Shown here piece by piece: positions 8,923 through 17,433 of a stretch of DNA of 64,000 nucleotides (the first letter of the stretch is position 1; each line of letters opens with the position of its first letter). The notes below the pieces were generated by a model that saw only the letters and a program-made list of their open reading frames with translations, had not been told where the DNA came from and did not search any database. Both the position numbers and the translations under genes were made by a program. This DNA comes from a bacterium (GTDB lineage Bacteria > Planctomycetota > Planctomycetia > Planctomycetales > Planctomycetaceae), in contig WGMU01000100.1 of the NCBI GenBank assembly GCA_016124895.1, positions 1 to 64,000 of the forward strand, given 5' to 3'.

Positions 8923-10428
8923 TCAGTGCGGCTGAGCCGGTTTCGCGGCCGGGCCGGGCAGACCTTTGTGGGACCGCCCCTTGCGGGACTTCGACTCAAA
9001 CCAGCTCTGTGCCATGTCCAGACTCTCAACGTGAACGCTCGGCGGCGTTGAATAACAGTTGGCTGTGAGCTGTGGATCGGCGAGCGCATCCAGTGAGAAC
9101 TGCAGCCCGTGGCAGTTGAGGCAAACGCTGCGAACCATCTTCTCCTTCGGTCGCAGATTGGCGTTCTGGTTGTGCTCGACCGAGACGCGTCCGTCCTCGG
9201 TCCGAGGCAGATGACACGACGCGCAGGAAACGCCGCTGCCTGCGGGAGCTTTGCCCGAGACCTCAGCCAGCCATAGTCGGTAATGCGACGACCCCGCGTA
9301 TTCGCGGCTGTGCTGATCGTCGTGGCACTTCAGACACGCAGCGACTGCGGCCTCTGCCGTGTCATAACGATGAGCCGGATGGCAGGCGTTACAGGTCAGT
9401 GATTCGTGCGCGGCGCTGGACTTCATCGGCAGGCGAGCGTTCGACGGCTGCATGCGCGAGAGCCCGGCCGCGAGCCTCATGCCATGACGGCTCGCCAGAA
9501 AACCGTCAACTTCCGACGCGTGACACTGGCGACAGGTTTCATGACCGACGGCGTCAGACCACCTGGAAGCACCGCCGTCCCTCTTCGGCTGATGACAGCC
9601 CGAGCAGTTGACACCCGCGCGAGCGTGACTCGATTCAACCCAGGCCGTCAGAAGCGAATGGTCGCTCGCGTGCGAAGACAGCGCGTCGTGATCGTCGATC
9701 GTGAGTTGTATTGTGGATCGAGTGACGGTTTCAGTGGGACGATTTGAAGTCGTTGGGTCCGAGGAGGTCGGGAGTCTTTTGCGGTCAGACCGCGTTCCCA
9801 ATGGCTGGCGCTCACTCCGAAAAGGACTCCCGCCCCCTTGCCGCCCGACCGTCTGAGAACGACGCAGCCTCAGCAGAGGACTCTCCAGAATGTCCGGCTC
9901 GCCAGCGTGCTTCAGCAGGAAGTTCTCATACAGCGCTGTGTTGTCGTGGTAATTGTGACAGCCGGCGGTCGCGCACGAGTCGTACTGAAACGCCGCATGG
10001 CTCGGACGGTCCTCACCGATCGACTGGTGACAGTGAAAGCAGTAATCGGTCGGCAGCGTCAGTCCCATCGCGTGAGTGCGCTCGGGAACGTGCTCGCTGT
10101 GACAGGCGATGCAGCTTCGCGCGTCGATGTGCTGCAGCAGCTTTGCTTTCGTCGGATCACGGAACTTGCTTTCCGGATGGGTATCGCGAGCCTGCCTGAG
10201 TTCCGCAGCGTGGCAGTCGCGGCAGGATTCCTCGCGCACACTGCCGCCAGGTTCGTGACACGCCGCGCACTTCATTTCGATCTGATAATGCCCGTGCGTG
10301 GTCTCGCCCGGCAGAAACACCGTGGACAGCTCCGACGTCGAGTCACTCGTCGGCACAGCGCAGGCCAGCAGCCCGCCGAGCCCGACAGTCAGCAGCAACC
10401 AGATTGCCCACAGCGTGACGTTCGACAT
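8923..10428 (-). CDS. Membrane-anchored multihaem cytochrome c (~10 CXXCH motifs) carrying an in-frame 84-bp MITE-like insertion between an N-terminal NapC/NrfH-like block of 4-5 haems and a C-terminal 6-haem block
   Basis: N-terminal TM helix (WAIWLLLTVGLGGLLACAV). CXXCH motifs: CAACH, CRDCH, CIACH, CFHCH (plus an odd CATAGCH), then CSGCH, CRQCH, CNACH, CLKCH, CASCH, CLNCH. Residues ~194-222 (VGRQGGGSPFRSERQPLGTRSDRKRLPTS) are encoded by the repeat at 9763-9846. Reading frame confirmed by hand translation around 9889-9900. Confidence 0.65.
   Translation of the reverse strand: MSNVTLWAIWLLLTVGLGGLLACAVPTSDSTSELSTVFLPGETTHGHYQIEMKCAACHEPGGSVREESCRDCHAAELRQARDTHPESKFRDPTKAKLLQHIDARSCIACHSEHVPERTHAMGLTLPTDYCFHCHQSIGEDRPSHAAFQYDSCATAGCHNYHDNTALYENFLLKHAGEPDILESPLLRLRRSQTVGRQGGGSPFRSERQPLGTRSDRKRLPTSSDPTTSNRPTETVTRSTIQLTIDDHDALSSHASDHSLLTAWVESSHARAGVNCSGCHQPKRDGGASRWSDAVGHETCRQCHASEVDGFLASRHGMRLAAGLSRMQPSNARLPMKSSAAHESLTCNACHPAHRYDTAEAAVAACLKCHDDQHSREYAGSSHYRLWLAEVSGKAPAGSGVSCASCHLPRTEDGRVSVEHNQNANLRPKEKMVRSVCLNCHGLQFSLDALADPQLTANCYSTPPSVHVESLDMAQSWFESKSRKGRSHKGLPGPAAKPAQPH
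9763..9846. repeat. MITE-like element, copy B, lying inside the multihaem cytochrome reading frame: TIRs GTCGGGAGTCTTTT ... AAAAGGACTCCCG
   Basis: ~85% identity to 6901-6984, including the internal CAATGG core and flanking GGAGGTC / CCCTTGCCG. TIR positions 9768-9781 and 9820-9832 (one mismatch). Confidence 0.7.
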
Positions 10429-10585
10429 AACCGAATTCCGGACTCACGTACGGGAGAGACTCGTCCCAGGGTGGCTGGAGGAGGGAGGTACGAGCGAAAC
10501 TCCGGACTCTGTATTCCGTGCTTTCGCGTTCCGGGGCTTCCTTCGCAGGCTCAGCCAGTCCCAGCCACTAACTCCCGCCCGACAT

Positions 10586-10792
10586 TCAGATTGAAGGACT
10601 GATGATCGAGCAACTGCCTTCCACGGCTCGCAGCGTCAGAAACGCGAGGCGGGTCAGCGTCGGGCGGTCGTAACCTTCCAGACGTTGCCGGACATCCGGT
10701 CGCAGAAAGCCGGGCTCCGCGGAGAGGATGAAGTGAGCGAGTTCACGGTCGGTCATCTCGGCAATGCTGAAGGCAGAGGTGCTGGGGGCCAT
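10586..10792 (-). CDS. Small hypothetical ORF (68 aa) between the cytochrome gene and the flavoprotein gene; coding status uncertain
   Basis: Collinear with its neighbours and located in a 390-bp gap. No recognisable motif. Confidence 0.2.
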   Translation of the reverse strand: MAPSTSAFSIAEMTDRELAHFILSAEPGFLRPDVRQRLEGYDRPTLTRLAFLTLRAVEGSCSIISPSI

Positions 10793-10819
10793 GATTGGGG
10801 CTCCTGTCGGAAGTGACGG

Positions 10820-12871
10820 CTACAGGTAAAAGGCTGCGAAGATGTGAAACGCGACGAGGATCGGAAACGGCCAGAAACAGACGATGTGCAGCAGCGTCAG
10901 ACGTGGCCGCCAGAGGCGAATCTGTCGCTGCAGATCACCAGAAGCCCGGCCTTCCATGGCCGTGACGGCGCCAGTCAATGCACCGGCAACGCTGAGTCCC
11001 AGAAACGTCGTCATCAGCCAGAAGTTAAGATGACTGCCCAGACGCATTCCCGTATGAGCGATCAGCCCGGCGACCGTCAGCGTGCCCAGAATGCCGTGCC
11101 CGGCCCGCCACCAGCCGAAGTTCAGAAACTGCAACCGACTCCAGCGCTTCCGCAGTGAGAGCAGCAGCGCGGCGACAGACAGACCGATCAGCGAAAAGCC
11201 GGTGACCTGTTTCCAGAAGGCGTCGCGCCAGACGGCCTCAAACTGGTACCACGCCGATTGAACAGTGCTCGACCAGGCGATCGGCCCGAACAGCAGAATC
11301 ACCCCGACGAGCACCGCCGCAGACAACGACGCGGCCAGCAGCCAGCGCGAGCCCGGTGTTTCAACAACGGGTTCCGACGGAGCGCCGGCCAGCGCGGCCA
11401 GTTGCGGCCGACATGACCCGCAGACGGTCGACGCTCCGGTGGCTGCCGCAAGAGCATCGACCGACCGGCAGCCGCGTTCGCAGGCTGCGGTCAGCTCACC
11501 GCGAGAAACGCCAACGCAACTGCAGACGATCGCACCTGCCGGCCACGCCGCGACGTCCGCGTTTTCCGGCGGTGGCCATAACGAGCCCTCCGACTCGAAA
11601 CGCCGCCGCTGTTTGCCCCGGATACGCCGCTGTTTCGTGATTGCTTCCTGCACGCGCGGCAGTTCAGGAAACGGTCCGACGCCGACGGCACCGACGAGTT
11701 TCTGCCCGCGGAGGATGAGTTTGCGGTATGCCTCGTCATTCCGAATCGTCAGCGCCTGCGCGTCGCTGACGTCGAGATAGTCGCCGCACAGCGAGACATC
11801 GACACCCAGCAGTTTGAGCCGCGTCGAGACGTCACTGCCGGTAAACGCGGCGTGTTCCGCGTTCAGCGTCGCCGCGACGACGTCAGCCATGTGGTAACCC
11901 GGCGCCGCGAGACCGTAGATCGTGTCGCGATGCAGAGCGCACTCACCGATCGCGTAGATATTCGGGTCTGATGTTCGCAACTGGTCATCGACCACGATGC
12001 CGCCGCGCGGTCCGACGTCGAGACCAGCCTCTCGCGCCAGTTCGTCACGCGGTCGAATCCCCGCTGCAATGACGATCAGATCGACGTCGAGCGTTCCGTC
12101 TGGAAACTCAATGATCCGCCGCTCTCCGTCAGCGCGAATCGCCTGCGTCTTTTTCTGCAGATGGACGCGTACGCCGAGCGATTCGATCAGCTCGCGCAGC
12201 AGCGCCGCTCCGTCGTTGTCGAGTTGCCGCGGCATCAGCACGGACGCCATTTCAACAACGTGCGTTTCCAGTCCGAGGTCCAGCAGCGCGCGGGCAGCTT
12301 CGAGGCCCAGTAGTCCGCCGCCGATCACTGCGGCCGACTTCGCCGACTGACCGAACTGTTTGATCTGCTCGACATCATCAACGGTCCGGTACAGAAACAC
12401 GCCCGGCAGATCGCGCCCTTCAATCGGCGGCACAAACGGACTCGACCCCGTGGCCAGAACCAGCGTGTCGTACGGAACACAATCCAGCGATCGCGAGCGA
12501 ATCGTCTTCGCTTCGCGATCGATGGCCAGCACCGGATCGCCGGTGCGCAGTTCGATGCCGCGGTCCTCGTACCAGTCCCGGTCAGCAAATGTCAGCGATG
12601 CCGCAGTTTCCTCATCGAAGAACGAAGTCAACCGCACGCGGTCATATGCCGGTCGCGCTTCCTCACCAAACGCAATCAATCGATGCGAACGCTGCAGATG
12701 CCGGTCGCAGAGTTTCTCCAGCAGCCGAAAACCCACCGGCCCGTTGCCGACAACAACGATACCTGCCAGCGATAAAGAGGCATTCGAGGAGTTCGCTGTC
12801 GATGCACCGACCGCAGCCGATATCTGGGATTCGGCGACACTTTCCTGCGGGGAACTCAGTGCCACGACCAT
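10820..12871 (-). CDS. Fusion of a NirB/NasB-N-terminal-like FAD/NAD(P)-binding oxidoreductase and a BFD-like [2Fe-2S] domain to a C-terminal 5-6 TM His-containing membrane domain; it lacks a sirohaem nitrite-reductase domain. Start set at the internal ATG 12869-12871.
   Basis: Rossmann motif VVGNGPVGFRLLE, second dinucleotide site AAVIGGGLLGLEAA, YAIGEC, then a BFD-like Cys cluster (CSCVGVSRGELTAACERGC...CGSCRP). Hydrophobic helices with His follow (LIAHTGMRLGSH, LLHIVCFWPFPILVAFHIFAAFYL). Confidence 0.65.
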   Translation of the reverse strand: MVVALSSPQESVAESQISAAVGASTANSSNASLSLAGIVVVGNGPVGFRLLEKLCDRHLQRSHRLIAFGEEARPAYDRVRLTSFFDEETAASLTFADRDWYEDRGIELRTGDPVLAIDREAKTIRSRSLDCVPYDTLVLATGSSPFVPPIEGRDLPGVFLYRTVDDVEQIKQFGQSAKSAAVIGGGLLGLEAARALLDLGLETHVVEMASVLMPRQLDNDGAALLRELIESLGVRVHLQKKTQAIRADGERRIIEFPDGTLDVDLIVIAAGIRPRDELAREAGLDVGPRGGIVVDDQLRTSDPNIYAIGECALHRDTIYGLAAPGYHMADVVAATLNAEHAAFTGSDVSTRLKLLGVDVSLCGDYLDVSDAQALTIRNDEAYRKLILRGQKLVGAVGVGPFPELPRVQEAITKQRRIRGKQRRRFESEGSLWPPPENADVAAWPAGAIVCSCVGVSRGELTAACERGCRSVDALAAATGASTVCGSCRPQLAALAGAPSEPVVETPGSRWLLAASLSAAVLVGVILLFGPIAWSSTVQSAWYQFEAVWRDAFWKQVTGFSLIGLSVAALLLSLRKRWSRLQFLNFGWWRAGHGILGTLTVAGLIAHTGMRLGSHLNFWLMTTFLGLSVAGALTGAVTAMEGRASGDLQRQIRLWRPRLTLLHIVCFWPFPILVAFHIFAAFYL

Positions 12872-13197
12872 GAGCCTGAGGACTCTCACACTGCAAGTGA
12901 CAAATCGAGACTTGCTGCGTTCCGCCATCGAAAGCCGTTCTCGACCTCATCAGACGGACGCTGCGTCACTCTCAATTCGCAATGGCTATGCCGCAGGGAA
13001 AATCACATGCCCCTGAATCTCGCTTTCGTGGATCTCCACACACGAGCGTCGCATCACTTCTGCGGGCATCCACGCAATCTGGCCGCAGTTGGAGCCGCCG
13101 CGACAATCGCAAGCTGCCCGGCGAGCAGGCGACTGAGTTCAGAATCCGGGCACAACTGCGGCGTCAGAGTTACTCAAGCTCAGTCCCAGAGTCGGCG

Positions 13198-13686
13198 CTA
13201 CTCGGTCGGAGCCGCTGCAGCGTTTTCGCGAACGCGCTTCCAGTGCCAGATCGTCGGTTCGTTCTGATAGTTGCGATACTCGCCGCCCTGTAACAGACCG
13301 GGTATGTCCCAGAAGTTCTCTTCGTCGACTTTGTAAACGTACGACAGGCCCTGCTCGGGCGAACCGCCGACGCCGTAAAACGTCATCACGCGCACGCTGC
13401 CTGACTTACTGAGCTGGAACTCGACCGAGTGCTCGCGGACCAGCTTTCCGGTCGCGACGCTGTAGCGTCGCAGCGTCTCCTTGTTGCCTTCGATCGTCTT
13501 AACGCTGCGCGTGTTTGGCCGTCCCTTGCCTTCGTTGCCATGATGCAGCTCCCAGCTTCCCTGCAGCAGTTTGAGATCAGCGACCAGTTCCGGATCTGTT
13601 TTCGCGTCGTCCTGTGCGTCACTCATCAGCGAGAACGCGATCACCAGCAGAGCGGCCGACAGTGCGGCGAGGACGGACTTCTTCAT
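13198..13686 (-). CDS. Secreted hypothetical protein, TIGR03067-like planctomycete domain
   Basis: Signal peptide MKKSVLAALSAALLVIAFSLMSDA. The LQGSWEL motif is typical of TIGR03067-family proteins. Confidence 0.5.
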   Translation of the reverse strand: MKKSVLAALSAALLVIAFSLMSDAQDDAKTDPELVADLKLLQGSWELHHGNEGKGRPNTRSVKTIEGNKETLRRYSVATGKLVREHSVEFQLSKSGSVRVMTFYGVGGSPEQGLSYVYKVDEENFWDIPGLLQGGEYRNYQNEPTIWHWKRVRENAAAAPTE

Positions 13687-13713
13687 TTCAGATTCTCCTG
13701 TGTCGATTGGTGG

Positions 13714-16700
13714 TTACTGAGCTGGTTGTTTCGGCTGCCAGGGAATGGGACCGGGTTCGGCGCGGCTCGTAAATACGATGCGCTTCCCGTCGGGAGACCA
13801 GGCTCCGTGAAAATTCATCCGATCCATCGGCTGCGATTCGAGCAGCGACAGCTTCGACGCGACGAGGTCGTACACGAACAGCCGCTTGCCGCCGTGTGGC
13901 TTCGAGACTTTCGCCAGCAGCAGGCTGTTCCCGTCCGGATGCCAGGCCATTTCGGGATCGAACGTTTCTTCCGAAACGACGCGAAAAACTTTCGACGATC
14001 CGTCGACCGAAGTGATCGCGACTTCCGTCTGACCACTCTTGACGTTCCCTTTGAACGCGAACTGTCGACTGTCCGGTGACCAGGCCGCGTTCCAGTAAAT
14101 CTGCGAGTAGCGGGTCGCCTGCTCACCTTCCAGCAGCATTCGTTTTTCCTTCGTCTTCAGGTCGATGATCGTCACGTTGGCAGAGTAGCTGCCGTTGACG
14201 CGGCCGCGGGACTCATACGCGATCCATTTCCCGTTGGGAGACCACTGCGCTCCCCAGCCGTCCGGAGTGACGACCTCGCGGTTTTCGCCATTGAGGTCCA
14301 TCGTCGCCATGCCGTTGAGTGCCCAGGTGAACGCGATCCGTTTTCCATCGGGCGAAAAGGTCGGCATGATTCCGAGACCCAGATCCTTGAAGCCGGTTCC
14401 GTCTGCCCGGATCAGATACGAATGCGAGGTTTCGGCCCGGCCGGTGTAACCGTCAAACGCGATCCACTGGCCGTCGGGCGACCAGTCGGGCGACGCGTAC
14501 CCGGCGATCTCGGGATCCTCGAACGGCTGAGTGATCTGCTTGAGGCCGGAGCCATCGGCGTTTATCACGTTCAGCAGCAGCTTCGGCGGATTTCGTGGAT
14601 CGGGCAGGATCAGCAGTTGCTCTGCTCCGATTCGCAGCTTCTGCCAGGTGACTCGTGTTGTCCCGCCCTCGTTCGCGACGATTGTCAGCCGGGCTTGAGC
14701 CATCCGCTGTCTCATCGATTCAAAAGAGCGCGACGCGACGACGCGAAACTCCGACGAATCGTTTTCGGCAAACAGGACATAGGCCGTGTCGCCGCGCCGG
14801 GCGACGCGCATGCGCCCGGTCGCCGCTTCTGTCGAGATGTAGTCTGAGACACGACGGAACTCGCCAGCGTCGGCTGTCGACGTTCCGGCCTGAGGAGGCA
14901 GCGCCCAGTCAACGACCACGCGATAGCAGTCGGGCTTCTGCCAGCGCCGCTTGACCGCGACGGCGTAGCCTCCGTCAAAAGTGACCCACAGTTCGGCCCC
15001 GCAGACCTGCTTCTCGGCGAGTTGCAGATCGGCGAAGCCGACAGTCACGTCAAAGTCGCCGTGCATCCGCAGCCAGTTGTTGAGGCTCGAATGCCGATAC
15101 TCGCCATCTGACTTCTGGAAATGCTCGAAGCCCTGCGGTGTCAGCGCCGTCTGGCTCATCTCGAACCCGCCACTGAATTCAAAGTACTCGTCCGGCAATT
15201 CCTCCGTGCGGAAGTCGTGCTCGAAAACCGGATCAAGCGCGGCAAGCTGAGCGTCAAACATTGTCGCCGCAGGATCGGCAAGCTGCTGGTCGGCGATGTC
15301 CGGCAGCGTCTTCGGCCAGTCGCCGCGCAGCACGACGTTGCGGACTCGAACTTCCGACTGCTCGGCAAAGTGGAACAGACCGAAATGCCGCGAGTTCGTC
15401 GCGTCGAGCGGCGTTTCCAGAATCGCCTCACCGTTCAGCTCGAGTCGAGCGGTCTGACCCGTCAACGCGAGACGCAGTGAATTCCACTCGTCGGCCCTCA
15501 GTGGCAGCGGCTGTCGGCCCGGATCGCCAGCGTCGAATGGAGTCGAGTTGTCCGGCGAGAGAGACGAGCGATCGTAGCGGCTGTCGGTCAGCCAGTGCCG
15601 CCGGACACCGTCAGGATCAAGCAGAAACGCCAGTCGTCCCAGCGCCGGATGAACGACCGACTCACCGGGCGAGTAGTAAAACTCGTATTCGATCGAACCG
15701 TCTTCGATCAGCGGCCGGTGATAGCGGAGCAGGCGTTCGAGTGAGTAGCCCGGAATGCCACGACGAACTCCGACAATCTGCGCTCCGTCGCGCGAGTCAA
15801 CAGGCGTCTGCCAGTCGACACTGTCAGTGCCGAAGTCTTCTCCGTAATACGGGTACCAGCCGGCGAGGCCGCCGGGGCTGGAAAGTTCAACCGCGTTCGG
15901 GATCTCCGGCCGACCGCTGATCCGCAGATCGCGAACCGTGCCCGGAGCACGTGACCAGCTCCGGATGGCGACCCACGGATCGAAGTCCGGCGTGACCTTG
16001 CGGCTGTGGACGAGCCGGCCATTCACCCAGACGCGGTTGACACCATCTTTGATGTCAGTCCGAAACCGGATCCACTGATCGACCTGGTGCAGCGGCGGGG
16101 CGATCGGCTGCGTTGTGCTTCCCGTTCGGAAGAGACCGGTAATCAGTTGCATCGGATTGCCCGGTCCGAACAACTCGCCGGCAATCAGCAACTGCGCCGT
16201 GCTGTAACCGAGCACGTCGGCTTCGATCGAGTATTCGCCACGGAGCGGGCTGTGATAAAACAGGTAGTCCTCGGTGTGACCGCGAAGGTGTCGACACTCG
16301 ACGCCGTCCCACTGCCAGGACGCAACGGACAGACCGCGTCCGCAACTGCTCGCCAGTTCGCGACTGACCGGAATCCAGTTCCTCAATGGTTCAACCGCCC
16401 GTCTCTGATGGCCGCTCGGTCCACCGGTGCGGAGTGCTGCGTACGCGTCGTATTCGCGAGCCAGCGACGAGAGATACACGAACCAGTCATCCTCGCGCGC
16501 CGGCACCCTCTTCTGGACCCGCTGTGTCATCAGGTATCCAAGCAGATCGCTGAGCGGGGCGAAGTCCGGGAACCGCTTCAGGCAGCGAGCCGCGACGAGC
16601 GTCTCGGGCCACTGGTCCGCCAGCGACTGCGGCTCGCTCTTCGAAACCGCCGCGAACAGAGCATCAAATGCTGACCCAGCCGCCGCAGCGTCGCCCAGCT

Positions 16701-17199
16701 CCAGACTCAGCAGCAACAGCAACGCCTCCCGCGCCCGCTGTTGAAAACTGTCGGGCGATTCCTCAACCGCCGCGACCCGATCGCGCAACTCCGCGATGCG
16801 CCCGGTCGCAGCAGCCAGGTCGAGCAGATCAAACATCGGCGAAACCAGTGCTCCGCCGAGTCCGTCATGTTCTGTCGCAAAATCCGAAACAGGGGCCGGC
16901 CGCGTCTGACTGAACTCGCCGCTGAGCCGAAATCCAGAATGCCGAACGTCTGGCAGCACCCACTCGGCAAGCAACTCGAACCGCTGCTCAGCATCGAGAG
17001 TCGCCGCCTGGCGACGGACAGCGGAGACGTTTTCCGCAAGAACGTGCGCACCGAAAATCCCGCCAGCGACCTCAGCGTCAAGCGGCGCGGCAGCCGGCAG
17101 CTCAATCGGCAGTAACAGAAACGAGGTCGCACCGCACAAGAGCACGCTCTGCAATCGCCAGCGTCGGTGGGTCACACGGTCGCCCGTCCGTTTCTTCAT
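13714..17199 (-). CDS. Large secreted protein (1161 aa) with internal repeated domains (DUF1583-like) and a C-terminal TolB-like WD40/PD40 beta-propeller
   Basis: The C-terminal ~330 aa carry repeated SPDG..IAF / WSPDG..I PD40 motifs (SPDWSPDGQWIAFDG, FSPDGKRIAFT, WSPNGKWIAYES, WSPDSRQFAFKG, WHPDGNSLLL, WSPDGKRIVFTS). N-terminal hydrophobic signal. Confidence 0.6.
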   Translation of the reverse strand: MKKRTGDRVTHRRWRLQSVLLCGATSFLLLPIELPAAAPLDAEVAGGIFGAHVLAENVSAVRRQAATLDAEQRFELLAEWVLPDVRHSGFRLSGEFSQTRPAPVSDFATEHDGLGGALVSPMFDLLDLAAATGRIAELRDRVAAVEESPDSFQQRAREALLLLLSLELGDAAAAGSAFDALFAAVSKSEPQSLADQWPETLVAARCLKRFPDFAPLSDLLGYLMTQRVQKRVPAREDDWFVYLSSLAREYDAYAALRTGGPSGHQRRAVEPLRNWIPVSRELASSCGRGLSVASWQWDGVECRHLRGHTEDYLFYHSPLRGEYSIEADVLGYSTAQLLIAGELFGPGNPMQLITGLFRTGSTTQPIAPPLHQVDQWIRFRTDIKDGVNRVWVNGRLVHSRKVTPDFDPWVAIRSWSRAPGTVRDLRISGRPEIPNAVELSSPGGLAGWYPYYGEDFGTDSVDWQTPVDSRDGAQIVGVRRGIPGYSLERLLRYHRPLIEDGSIEYEFYYSPGESVVHPALGRLAFLLDPDGVRRHWLTDSRYDRSSLSPDNSTPFDAGDPGRQPLPLRADEWNSLRLALTGQTARLELNGEAILETPLDATNSRHFGLFHFAEQSEVRVRNVVLRGDWPKTLPDIADQQLADPAATMFDAQLAALDPVFEHDFRTEELPDEYFEFSGGFEMSQTALTPQGFEHFQKSDGEYRHSSLNNWLRMHGDFDVTVGFADLQLAEKQVCGAELWVTFDGGYAVAVKRRWQKPDCYRVVVDWALPPQAGTSTADAGEFRRVSDYISTEAATGRMRVARRGDTAYVLFAENDSSEFRVVASRSFESMRQRMAQARLTIVANEGGTTRVTWQKLRIGAEQLLILPDPRNPPKLLLNVINADGSGLKQITQPFEDPEIAGYASPDWSPDGQWIAFDGYTGRAETSHSYLIRADGTGFKDLGLGIMPTFSPDGKRIAFTWALNGMATMDLNGENREVVTPDGWGAQWSPNGKWIAYESRGRVNGSYSANVTIIDLKTKEKRMLLEGEQATRYSQIYWNAAWSPDSRQFAFKGNVKSGQTEVAITSVDGSSKVFRVVSEETFDPEMAWHPDGNSLLLAKVSKPHGGKRLFVYDLVASKLSLLESQPMDRMNFHGAWSPDGKRIVFTSRAEPGPIPWQPKQPAQ

Positions 17200-17433
17200 C
17201 GGCCAGATGCTCCCAGGTTTTCAGTCAGACTCGCAGGGACGTCATCCCGCGCGCGAGGCAATGCTCTTGTCACTGAACCAGAAGCCGGCAGGCCTGCAGC
17301 TTGACCGACATTGACAGGAAAAACCAGTGGCAGCGAGGGCCTCCGCACCTCTGGTCTCGGACACCCAAACAGCACCCGACCTGCCGGAGCCTTCGCATAT
17401 GGTCCCGTTCGAGGTCTTGTTTCGGACCGGCTT

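Noticed and set aside
9190-9200. The CATAGCH sequence (CX4CH) in the multihaem cytochrome as an additional haem site
   Set aside because: The spacing is non-canonical. It is mentioned but not counted among the confident haem motifs.
9838-10602. 254-aa plus-strand ORF, and others, overlapping the multihaem cytochrome gene
   Set aside because: The minus strand encodes ten CXXCH motifs. The plus-strand frames are shadow ORFs.
10820-12871. Calling this gene nirB (assimilatory nitrite reductase)
   Set aside because: Only the FAD/NAD and BFD parts are present. The sirohaem/4Fe-4S nitrite-reductase domain is missing and is replaced by a membrane domain.
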